A stretch of 64,000 nt of DNA from contig CAYHCB010000002.1 of the NCBI GenBank assembly GCA_964355275.1, forward strand, positions 6,639 through 70,638, written 5' to 3'. Positions within the stretch are counted from its first letter, which is position 1, and every line of letters begins with the position of its first letter. Source of the DNA: an uncultured Gammaproteobacteria bacterium. Lineage in GTDB: Bacteria; Patescibacteriota; Patescibacteriia; Patescibacteriales; UBA12465. This document shows positions 18,552 through 27,955 of this stretch, piece by piece. Both the position numbers and the translations under genes were made by a program. The notes below the pieces were generated by a model. It did no database searches. It had not been told where the DNA came from and saw nothing but the letters and a program-made list of their open reading frames with translations.

Positions 18552-21248
18552 ATGATGAAAAATTTAACTTCTTTTTTAAAAAAATTTGGGCTACCATTTT
18601 TGATAATCATAGCTAGTTTTTTGTTAGTAAAAATTGCTTTAGCGGCCGATGGTGTCGATGTCGGAGCGGCGCAAGTAAATGAAACTTTAAAGTTAAGTAA
18701 CACCTCTCCATTTATTATTGTTGGTAAAATAATTCAAATAGCTTTAAGCCTGTTAGGCATTATCGCTTTAAGTATTATTATTTATGCTGGTTATCTGTGG
18801 ATGAGTTCGATGGGTAGCGAGGATAAAATTAGTGAAGCCAAAAGATTACTTAAAAATGCCGTGATCGGTATTATTATAATTTTATCAGCTTGGGGAATTG
18901 TTTATTTTGTTTTAGCAAAATTAATTGGCATAACTACTGGTGTTCCGGTTGCCCCTTCAAATGAAAATAATTTTCAAAATTTAAGTATCGGTGCTTTAGG
19001 CTCCTGCTCAATTGAATTAGTTTATCCTCAGCCAGATAGCAAAGAAGTGGCGCGCAATACAGCTATTTTAATTACCGCTAAAGAAGCCTTCCAACTGGAT
19101 ACGGTTTGTATAAACAAAATAACTAAGGCTCCTTGCGCCTGTGACAATACCCCTAATTGTAATTTTGTTAATCCTAATAATATTCAGATTTACAAAACAG
19201 CTGATGGTAATTCCTGCGCTTCAGCTAATTGCGAAACAAACATTAGAGATGTTGAAGTGTCAGTTCCTGCTGGCGGCAAAACATTAGTTCTTCGACCCTT
19301 AAATTATTTAGGAACATCAGTTGGTAATGTTGAATATGCTGTCAGGCTAACCAATGATCTTAAAAAACTAGGTGGCGAGACTTTATTTTCTTCTTGTTCT
19401 TCTGATTTTTTAGAATGGAAATTTGAAACTAGTAATAAATTAGATCTTACTCCACCAAAAGTAATTTCTGGTGGTATTTTCCCGCCAGTTGATAACGAGG
19501 CGGATATTCTTAGCCTTAATTCGGCCGCTAAAGCCGCTCAGGCAAAAATAGTAGTAACTGATTGTCCTAGAACTTATGCTCCCGCTGAACTAGTCAGTAT
19601 TACTAAAATCGGAGCCTCGGTTGACGCCGAAGTCGTTGTTGAACCAAATTATTCTGGAGAAATTACTAATTTTACTGTTGATTTATTAGGTAGTACTAAT
19701 AAAATGCGCTTATTTAGCGGTAATAGTTTACTGGGAGCTAGCGATATTATAAATAATCAAGCAATTTTTGAGGGTTACTTTACAGTTAGTATAGAAAGCG
19801 CCGTTGAAGGTAACTCTTGGGATATTATTGTAACTCCAGCTCAGGCAGCCGAAAATTTAGCAGTTGCTTATAAATCTTATATTTTTGTTAAACAGAAAAC
19901 TAATAGTGGTAATGAAATATTGGTCCCCGCCTCTTGTTCTCCTGGTGATATGGCCGCCAATATTGAAGTCGCATTAAGTGGTAACAGCGAAGTGAGCGTC
20001 TCTAGCTCGGGTGGCACCTTAACCATTTTTGCTAAAGCCGTTGGTTTGTCGGGAAACAGTCTAACTCTTTCTTCAAACGGCCGAGGTTTATTTTTACAAA
20101 AATTTTCTGGAGGCGTTGAAAAGAGTGAAACTTATGAAATTAAAGGACTAAGGGATAAGCCAATGAATTCTGTTATTCAGGTTAATTTTAATGAAGCTAT
20201 GAATCCGATGGTTTTGTCCGGTAAGGCTGATGAAGTTAAATCTTATCTTAGATTAATAAATGCTAGTGCCACGTCATTGGGTGATGGCGGTATTTGTGGC
20301 AGTAATGATGATTGCTTATCTTATAATTGTCAGGCCACATCTTGTGTTGGCGACTATATCAGCGGTAAATTTTCTTTAAGTAATGTTTATAGAACTCTAG
20401 AATTTATTTCTGATAAAGAATGCGGCGTTAATAGCTGTGGAGAAATAATGTATTGTTTGCCAGCTAGTAGTCACTTATCTTTAAAAATAAATGCTGCGGG
20501 GTTAAAAGCTTGTACGGCTGCCACTGATTGCCAAACTTTTGCTCCATATTCGGAATGCGTTAACAGTGTTTGTCGCGATACAATTGGTCAAGCTAGTTAT
20601 CCTTTAGCGGACGCCTTACAGCTTGACGGTGCAGTTGATTTAGCTTTTAATTCTTTAGATGGAAATCGTGATAATAAAGCTGACGGACCAATATTAGCTG
20701 TTTATCCCTTCTTTGTTGAAGGGGAAAATAATTTAGCTAAACGTGATGGTTTTCAATTCTCATTCTTTATTAGTAATCAAATTAATTCTATTCCTCCAAC
20801 TATTTCCCTTACTTCACCTAGATTACTTGAATCTAGTGTTTATGTTACTAATCCAGTAATTATCGATTTTAATGACTTAATGATGAATAGTACTTTGCTT
20901 ACTGGTAGATTAATTATAAATAATGGGTTGATAAATGTTGAACATAAATTACTTAATTTAAATAGTTCGACAGATAAACCTCTAGGGTATTGGCTTGAAA
21001 GTGAGAATAAAGAACGAGGAGTAGCCGATGGTGAACTAGACTTTACTTCAACAATTATGAAACATACAGATTTTTTTGAAGCGGTTACTTATGTTTCACA
21101 AATTGGTTCGGGGGTAAAAAATATTTACCAAAATTGTTTTAAACCAAGTATCGGTCCAGCCTGTTTGAATCTTAATGAGACAAATCCTTCTTGTTGTTTT
21201 GGTGAAGCAACTAATGTTTTAGATAAAAATGGTAATTGCGCTAATTAA
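18552..21248 (+). CDS. Surface protein: signal peptide + VirB2/TrbC-like (T4SS-pilin-like) two-helix membrane hairpin + about 770-aa Cys-containing ectodomain with Big_5/SbsA-like Ig segments
   Basis: N-terminus: signal peptide ending ALA-AD, KLSNTSP, hydrophobic helix, YLWMSSMGSEDKISEAKRLLKNAV, second helix IIILSAWGIVYFV. It is paralogous to the N-terminus of the next ORF. Downstream: DLTPPKV...VIQVNFNEAMNPMVL (Big_5-like) and CxxxDC...C motifs. Confidence 0.6.
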   Translation: MMKNLTSFLKKFGLPFLIIIASFLLVKIALAADGVDVGAAQVNETLKLSNTSPFIIVGKIIQIALSLLGIIALSIIIYAGYLWMSSMGSEDKISEAKRLLKNAVIGIIIILSAWGIVYFVLAKLIGITTGVPVAPSNENNFQNLSIGALGSCSIELVYPQPDSKEVARNTAILITAKEAFQLDTVCINKITKAPCACDNTPNCNFVNPNNIQIYKTADGNSCASANCETNIRDVEVSVPAGGKTLVLRPLNYLGTSVGNVEYAVRLTNDLKKLGGETLFSSCSSDFLEWKFETSNKLDLTPPKVISGGIFPPVDNEADILSLNSAAKAAQAKIVVTDCPRTYAPAELVSITKIGASVDAEVVVEPNYSGEITNFTVDLLGSTNKMRLFSGNSLLGASDIINNQAIFEGYFTVSIESAVEGNSWDIIVTPAQAAENLAVAYKSYIFVKQKTNSGNEILVPASCSPGDMAANIEVALSGNSEVSVSSSGGTLTIFAKAVGLSGNSLTLSSNGRGLFLQKFSGGVEKSETYEIKGLRDKPMNSVIQVNFNEAMNPMVLSGKADEVKSYLRLINASATSLGDGGICGSNDDCLSYNCQATSCVGDYISGKFSLSNVYRTLEFISDKECGVNSCGEIMYCLPASSHLSLKINAAGLKACTAATDCQTFAPYSECVNSVCRDTIGQASYPLADALQLDGAVDLAFNSLDGNRDNKADGPILAVYPFFVEGENNLAKRDGFQFSFFISNQINSIPPTISLTSPRLLESSVYVTNPVIIDFNDLMMNSTLLTGRLIINNGLINVEHKLLNLNSSTDKPLGYWLESENKERGVADGELDFTSTIMKHTDFFEAVTYVSQIGSGVKNIYQNCFKPSIGPACLNLNETNPSCCFGEATNVLDKNGNCAN

Positions 21249-21277
21249 TGTTTTGTTGATAATTTTTTGTTATAAAT

Positions 21278-24200
21278 ATGCCTAATAAACTTAAACATCT
21301 TCTGATTTTCATTTTTATTATTGGAGCAGTTTTTTTAACTTCCCAATATTCTTTAGCGGCAATTGTTGACACCGGCACTAGCACAGTAGATAGTTCAATA
21401 AAATTAAGCAACACTAGCCCGATAAAGGTTGTTACTAGTATAATAAATATTTTTTTAGGACTTTTAAGTTTAATTGCCGTTTCTTTAGTTTTATATGGTG
21501 GCTTTATTTGGATGACCTCAAACGGCAGTGAAGAAAAAATTGGAACGGCAAAAAAGATTTTACGTAATGCGGTTGTTGGCTTATTAATTATTTTATCAGC
21601 CTGGGGTATCGCTTATTTTATTTTAAGCAGGGTCTTAACAGCTACCGGAGGAATAGGCCCAGGTCTTGATAATTGTACAAATGGCGCCGTTATTAGTTGC
21701 GGTTGCGGTGGCGAACAAACTTGTAATGTTGGCACTTGGGGGCCTTGTTTAGGCTCTGTTCCAGCTGATTGCGAAGGCGGTGAGCAAAGTTGTGATAGTA
21801 ATCCAGATGCCCAGTGTCAGGCTGATGATACTCTATGTAGTCCAGATTCTTTATGCGACAGCGATACCTGTTTATGTAAACCAAAATTTAGTTTAGGTGA
21901 ATCTTGCAATACTACACCTGATGGAAGTTGTACGGCCGATACTAATTTATGTGGTCCTTATTTAACTTGTAATCCAGATAGTTGTATTTGTGAGGGGCCA
22001 CCAGTTATTACCGGTCTTAGTCCGGCTGGCGGTTATTGTGCTAATGATCAAAGTCGTGGTTGTAATCTTGACACTGATTGTTCCGGTGGCGCTAGTTGCG
22101 ATACTATTACTCCAAATGGTGCTGTTAATAACTTTATAAGTATTTATGGCTATAATTTTGGAACCTCCTCTAGTCTATTAGGTGATATTTTAAGCACTAA
22201 TAATTTTGAGCAAGGAGCGCTGGGAACTGTGCCAAATAATTTTACGGCTAATGCTCAAAAATATTCAAAAGTAGGAATTGTTGATACTGAATTTAAATCA
22301 GGGACACGAAGTTTGTCTTTACATCAAAACCCTAATTTAAATTATCCAGGAATTTGTAGCAGTGGCATTTGCCAGGATCTTAGTAATTGTACTTGGAATG
22401 CGCTAGACAAAACTTGTCATTTTTTAACTAGCGATAATGCTCATTTAACTGGTCCGGCAGTCTACCAAGAAGGCGAAACATTGGTTTGGGGAAATACTAA
22501 TAAAGTGATGCTAGCCAGTTTATCTTATAATCTAGCCCCCTTAAATTTCAGTATTGGTGAAACTTATTCTATTCATTTCTATTATAAAGGTAAGGCCGCG
22601 TCTAATGTTTTAATATCAGCTGGTGCTAATTTAGAAAATCCAACAATGTGTGCCGCTTATAGTTCTGCTGCCGCTCTAAAAAGTGGCTATACTTGGGACG
22701 GTACAAGCGTAACTCCTGCCCCACCAACTGGTGACGATCCTTGTCTTTTTGGGCAAACTTGCGAAAATCAATCTAATACTTGTTGTTTTAATGCACCTTA
22801 TCAGAAGAAGTGTTATGGTTCTTTGGATATGGCTTCTATTGCCGCTGGTACGACAAATGATTGGGCTTTATATTCTTATACCTTCCAATACACCCCAGAA
22901 ATGGCTAGCTGGCTGGATGTTTCAGGAAATAAATTAATGGAAATTGGTTTGCTAGCGGGTTATAATTCTACCGGAGCGGGTACCGATTTTTTTATTGATG
23001 ATTTTGAAATTACTAAGATTTTAAATAATGGACAGGTTACTTTTTTAGGAGCAAATGTCGCTGAATCACAGTTAGCTAATTTTCCTAATTTAATTAATCC
23101 AAATTGTATCAGTTCTTGGACTGATCGTCAGATTATTGTCGCCGTTCCCAGTGGCGCAACTAATGGTCCAGTTAAAGTGAAACGCGACGGCGACCTACCA
23201 GATAATACCGATATTACCAATAATGATATTGGCCCCAATATTAATGATTTTATAAAAAATGATATTTCTCGTCCGGGCTTGTGTTTAGTTAGCCCAACCC
23301 AAGGACTGCTTGGCGATAGAGTTGCTTATCAAGGTGCCAATTTAAAATATGGCACTGCTTATTTCGGTAAATATTCGAATGCCTTTAAAGGAATTAATTC
23401 TAATTTTTTAACTGATAATTTATCAGGTCAAGCTTTAGCCCCTAGCATTACCCCAGGTAAGACCACCACTTTTGTGGAGAGAACTTTACTGGGGGTTAAT
23501 CAACAAAGTAATGCTTTAATTTTTACTAAAGAAAAAGATAAGGAGGCGGGACCATATATTTCTTCTTTTTTCCCGATAACTGGACAATCTGGCCAGTATG
23601 TTACTATTTCTGGTGGCGGCTTCGGAAATACGCGAGGCAGTCGACAGGTTTTCTTTGGCGACAAAGAGGCTTCTTATATTTTTCCAGAAGTTTGCGCGAA
23701 TTCTGTCTGGAGTAATAGTCAAATTATAGTAAAGGTGCCAGAAAATTTAAATCCTGGAAACTATGGTATTAAAATAAACTTAGGGGATAATAATTTTATA
23801 AATACCGATTTACTTAGCCCTAATAATACTTTTAATTTTAATCCCGCTGAACCACTTAAAACTAGTTTATGCAAAATTGATCCAATTCGTGGGCAAATAG
23901 GTGATAAAGTCACTTTGTGGGGTGAATATTTTGGTAATAATGGTTCAGATATTTCAGTAGTCTTTAATCGTAATGTAAGCACTTCATCAAAAATAATTAA
24001 AGATGGCCAGGCTGATAAAGTGCAAACTATAGTGCCTATAGATTTAGATAAAGTCCCTGCTGTGCCAGCGATAACTGGGCCAGTTCATGTAATTAAAAAT
24101 GGACTATTTGGTAATGAACTCAATTTTATAGTGGGTAAGTGTATAAGTAATACTGAGTGCGGCGCCTCTAGTCCAATTTGTTGTCAGGGTAATACTTATA

Positions 24201-27200
24201 AGGCTGGTTCTTGTGCGGCCACTCTTTTATCTTGCTATTTTGATGTTCCTAATTCTGTTTATGAAACTAAATTTAATACTAATTTAATTGGTTCAACTAC
24301 GGAACCATTTGATAGCTGTATTGGCATGGCCGCTTTCTTTGGTACTTGTCAGACTGGTCAGTTTTGTCCAAATTCTCCGGGTAAATGTTCTCCATTTGAT
24401 CCAATTTTACCAGAAGTGCTAGGTGATTGCGGTGGCGCTAATTCTCAGTGCGGCGCCTTAACTTATTGTCAAAATAATCCTAACGTTTGTAATTATAATC
24501 AGGCAAAAGATCTTTGTCAGGCAAAGGTTTGCCAATTAGAAAATGAACTTAACTATACTTTGACAACCAATGGCGTTACTACGAACCATAAAGGTTTATT
24601 AAGCTGTCGCGAATATAGTGGTCCGATACAAGTGCCTGGACCAAAAACTTTTGTTAAACAACTTAAAGTTAATACCTCTTGTCCAGATGGATGGATTGCC
24701 TCTGATAGTGGTTATTGTGTAAGTGTTCCTTTGGTTCCTTGCACACCATGTCCTACAAATTTTGAATGTGTAGATAATGGCGCCGGAGGAACACTAGGTC
24801 TTTGCGAGTCACCTAAAATTTGTAGTCAAAATTCTTCTTGTGGCGTTAATCCAAATAATCCTAGCAAATTTTCTTGTCTTATTGCTGGTCAGAAAAGTTG
24901 TGATTGTTGTTGTGAAATAGGCCAGGATGCCAGAGATTGTTGCGCTCCTTTAAAGTGCGCTGGTACTTGCGGTAGTGATACTACCGATAATAATGATGGT
25001 TTTGGTAGTTGCTCTGGTTGCGCTGATGTTGGAACTACCACCGCTGAACATGATGCCGCTTGTAATTGTAGTTTAGCTAGTGGTAAGTTTTGTAAAATTG
25101 ATGAGAAAAATACTGGGGGAATTTGTGTTGACTGTGCCTCTTTAGACGCCGTCGGTTGTTCACTCCATTCAGCCCAGTGTTGTTTTGACGATACAAAAAA
25201 TACTTGCCAAGGAGGAGACGGCACAGTAATCCCAGGCGGAAAATGCGCTTATTATGATTGTGATGCTGTAGATAAAACTCAGTGTAATATAACGGCCACG
25301 ACAACTGGACAATTTTTAGCTACTTCAACCTGTATTACTAATTGCGCGGCTAATCCTCAAACAGCTTGTGATTTAGCTGGTGCCGATTCAGTTAAATGCT
25401 CAGCTTTAGGAGCTTGCTGTTTTGATGGTAAAAATAATAAATGTACTAACGGAACAGATAAGATTAATTTATTAGGTATTAATTACTGTGCATATTATGA
25501 TTGTAATACAGAGAGAACAGCTTGTGATTTAGGTTCGGCTACCACCACTGGAGAATTTTTAGGAACTGTAAAATGTGAAGATGGCTGTGATAACCAATTT
25601 TCTTTACCAGGTTCAACCTGTGCGTCAGCAGAAACAAATGCTTGTAATACTAGTTTCTGTGGTAATCCTTATTCTTGTCGCACGGAAGCCGGCGAACCGC
25701 CAACTACCGGTGACTGTGGTATTTGTTGTTGTAACCCGCAAGATATTAATGCTTGTTCAGATACTGATGGTTTAAAATGCGTACCGAACAAAACTCCTTG
25801 CGGTGGCGGAAAAAGAGGTTTATGTTGCGGCTGTACTTCTGATACTGAATGCGGCGATAATGTAAATCAGGGCTGCGGTAGCGATACTTGTTGCCATGGG
25901 CGCCCTAATGTTGTTAGTACTTTACCGGAACATAATAAAGAACAGGTTTGTCGTAATGGTCAAATAGTTGTTAATTTTGATTCCATGATGGACACTCAAG
26001 CTTTAGGCGCTAATATTTTATTAGTTGAAGAAAAAGAATACGGACAAGATACTTGTCCTAGTGGCACCACTTTGTCGATGAACCCTTTTAAGACCAAAGA
26101 AACAAATATATTTGCCAAATTATATTATAGAATAACTAGTAGCCTGATCAGTATTTTTGGAAGGACAAATTCTAGCGCCACCGCGGCCACCCCCTCTCCT
26201 GATAAACTATATTGTGTTTCCCCAACAATAGTTGAACCACAAATAACTTCGACAAATGGTGTAACCACAACCGTAATCTATATCAGGCCAATGAAAATAA
26301 TGAGTGCTAACGCTAATTATTTTGTGGTTATAAAAGGTGATGAAAATTTAGATAGTAATTCAGGCGTTGTAAGCGAAAATAAAATTGGTCTTAACGCCAC
26401 CGCTTATAGTCCGATTGTTAATGCAGAATTCAATCAAGTATTATTTAGAAATTCTTATACTTTTGGCTTTACTACGATGGATGATACTAGTGGTAAAAAT
26501 GGATTATGTACTGTAGATAGTGTCGCCCTTAATCCTAATTCGTTTATCATAAAAAGTCCCGATAATGATGTTAGTGATGATAATCCATTTATTGGTGCTT
26601 TTGATACTAAGAGTGATAATGATAGAGCGATTTCGGCTTTAGCTTATAGTGTTGATGAACAATTATTACAACCAGTAACTGGTTATTATTGGAAGTGGGA
26701 CTGGAATATTGAAGATAGTTCAGTAGCGCAAAATCAGTTAACAGAAGGACTAAACTCTAATCGAATCGTAGTTGCTGCCGTAACTGGTGTTACGGATAAA
26801 GGCACTAAGATTAGCGCTGCTGTTAATATGTATAATTTTAGTAGCATGGGTAATTGCGTTTCTAATAATTGTGTATGTAGTGGCACAGATTGTTCTAATA
26901 ACTGCTGTAATGCTAGTTTAGATGGTGATGGAACCACTGGAGAATCAGATCTTTATGTATTTTTATGTGCGAACCCTTGGCCAATAGAAGTAAATGGTAT
27001 CTGGAATCCTTGGGCAGACAAATGTACTGATGCTAACGGAAATATTATTCCTCAATGTACTAATTATAATTATAAATTTTATTACTGTCGTGATGCTGGT
27101 AAGCCAGGCACAACCGATGATTTGCCAGCGGTAATTGATCCAGCTTTAATTTTAGGTTCCTCAAATCTTATTTGTAGCGTTGGCGGGGCTGCCTGTGAAA

Positions 27201-27904
27201 ATCAAAATACCCCTTGCGGTGAAGGAGGCACTTGTATTTGGAATGTGCTTAAAGAATCTTATTTCTTCCGTGAAGCAATTCCTCAGTCTGGTGAAATTAC
27301 TGAAGTAAAAAGTACGGGAGCTGGTGGGCAGATTGCTATTAGTTGGTATGCTCCAATTAATAATTTAGCTCCGGCCGCCTCTTTTAAGGTTTACTATGGA
27401 CTGGTTCCAACTGGTACCAGCTCTTATGTGGTACCGCTAACTCTAGCTGAGGCGTCATGTAATGTTAATGGGGATAAGAATTACTGTTCATATTTAGTTA
27501 ATGGATTAATAGATAATCAGAAATATTATTTTAAAGTATCAGCTATCTCTGAGAAAAAAGCGGAAAGTCCTCTTTCTGGAAGCATGGAAGTAATTGTAAC
27601 CGACACCACTCCGCCAGCTAAACCAATTGGCTTGAATGTGGAATTACTTACTAGTTCAGTTAAAGTAACTTGGACGCCTAACACTGACGATGCTCTTTAT
27701 TATCGATTATTTCATGGTCTTTTTACCGGCAAAGTATCTGATTCAGTTGACTCCCCAAATAATGCAAGTAGTTTAGAATTTAATCGAGATAACTATCGAC
27801 CTGGTGATCACTATTTTTCTTTATCAGCGATTGATAAAAGTAACAATGTAAGTGCCGCGTCTGATGAAATTAAATTTGTTATGCCTTCTGCGCCAATTAA
27901 TTAA
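21278..27904 (+). CDS. Giant (2208 aa) surface protein: VirB2/TrbC-like N-terminal hairpin + EGF-like Cys knots + IPT/TIG domains + CBM-like jelly roll + novel Cys-rich repeats + Big_5-like + two FN3 domains
   Basis: N-terminal about 120 aa roughly half-identical by eye to ORF 18552. IPT/TIG-like ITGLSPAGG..ISIYGYNFG, PITGQSGQYVTISGGGFG, IDPIRGQIGDKVTLWGEYFG. TDFFIDDFEI (CBM4/9-like). C-terminal DTTPPAKPIGLNVE...VKVTWTPN (FN3-like). Confidence 0.6.
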   Translation: MPNKLKHLLIFIFIIGAVFLTSQYSLAAIVDTGTSTVDSSIKLSNTSPIKVVTSIINIFLGLLSLIAVSLVLYGGFIWMTSNGSEEKIGTAKKILRNAVVGLLIILSAWGIAYFILSRVLTATGGIGPGLDNCTNGAVISCGCGGEQTCNVGTWGPCLGSVPADCEGGEQSCDSNPDAQCQADDTLCSPDSLCDSDTCLCKPKFSLGESCNTTPDGSCTADTNLCGPYLTCNPDSCICEGPPVITGLSPAGGYCANDQSRGCNLDTDCSGGASCDTITPNGAVNNFISIYGYNFGTSSSLLGDILSTNNFEQGALGTVPNNFTANAQKYSKVGIVDTEFKSGTRSLSLHQNPNLNYPGICSSGICQDLSNCTWNALDKTCHFLTSDNAHLTGPAVYQEGETLVWGNTNKVMLASLSYNLAPLNFSIGETYSIHFYYKGKAASNVLISAGANLENPTMCAAYSSAAALKSGYTWDGTSVTPAPPTGDDPCLFGQTCENQSNTCCFNAPYQKKCYGSLDMASIAAGTTNDWALYSYTFQYTPEMASWLDVSGNKLMEIGLLAGYNSTGAGTDFFIDDFEITKILNNGQVTFLGANVAESQLANFPNLINPNCISSWTDRQIIVAVPSGATNGPVKVKRDGDLPDNTDITNNDIGPNINDFIKNDISRPGLCLVSPTQGLLGDRVAYQGANLKYGTAYFGKYSNAFKGINSNFLTDNLSGQALAPSITPGKTTTFVERTLLGVNQQSNALIFTKEKDKEAGPYISSFFPITGQSGQYVTISGGGFGNTRGSRQVFFGDKEASYIFPEVCANSVWSNSQIIVKVPENLNPGNYGIKINLGDNNFINTDLLSPNNTFNFNPAEPLKTSLCKIDPIRGQIGDKVTLWGEYFGNNGSDISVVFNRNVSTSSKIIKDGQADKVQTIVPIDLDKVPAVPAITGPVHVIKNGLFGNELNFIVGKCISNTECGASSPICCQGNTYKAGSCAATLLSCYFDVPNSVYETKFNTNLIGSTTEPFDSCIGMAAFFGTCQTGQFCPNSPGKCSPFDPILPEVLGDCGGANSQCGALTYCQNNPNVCNYNQAKDLCQAKVCQLENELNYTLTTNGVTTNHKGLLSCREYSGPIQVPGPKTFVKQLKVNTSCPDGWIASDSGYCVSVPLVPCTPCPTNFECVDNGAGGTLGLCESPKICSQNSSCGVNPNNPSKFSCLIAGQKSCDCCCEIGQDARDCCAPLKCAGTCGSDTTDNNDGFGSCSGCADVGTTTAEHDAACNCSLASGKFCKIDEKNTGGICVDCASLDAVGCSLHSAQCCFDDTKNTCQGGDGTVIPGGKCAYYDCDAVDKTQCNITATTTGQFLATSTCITNCAANPQTACDLAGADSVKCSALGACCFDGKNNKCTNGTDKINLLGINYCAYYDCNTERTACDLGSATTTGEFLGTVKCEDGCDNQFSLPGSTCASAETNACNTSFCGNPYSCRTEAGEPPTTGDCGICCCNPQDINACSDTDGLKCVPNKTPCGGGKRGLCCGCTSDTECGDNVNQGCGSDTCCHGRPNVVSTLPEHNKEQVCRNGQIVVNFDSMMDTQALGANILLVEEKEYGQDTCPSGTTLSMNPFKTKETNIFAKLYYRITSSLISIFGRTNSSATAATPSPDKLYCVSPTIVEPQITSTNGVTTTVIYIRPMKIMSANANYFVVIKGDENLDSNSGVVSENKIGLNATAYSPIVNAEFNQVLFRNSYTFGFTTMDDTSGKNGLCTVDSVALNPNSFIIKSPDNDVSDDNPFIGAFDTKSDNDRAISALAYSVDEQLLQPVTGYYWKWDWNIEDSSVAQNQLTEGLNSNRIVVAAVTGVTDKGTKISAAVNMYNFSSMGNCVSNNCVCSGTDCSNNCCNASLDGDGTTGESDLYVFLCANPWPIEVNGIWNPWADKCTDANGNIIPQCTNYNYKFYYCRDAGKPGTTDDLPAVIDPALILGSSNLICSVGGAACENQNTPCGEGGTCIWNVLKESYFFREAIPQSGEITEVKSTGAGGQIAISWYAPINNLAPAASFKVYYGLVPTGTSSYVVPLTLAEASCNVNGDKNYCSYLVNGLIDNQKYYFKVSAISEKKAESPLSGSMEVIVTDTTPPAKPIGLNVELLTSSVKVTWTPNTDDALYYRLFHGLFTGKVSDSVDSPNNASSLEFNRDNYRPGDHYFSLSAIDKSNNVSAASDEIKFVMPSAPIN

Positions 27905-27955
27905 AAAATATATAAAGTTGAAAAAATTATTAATTAGTTTTTAATACATAAAACC

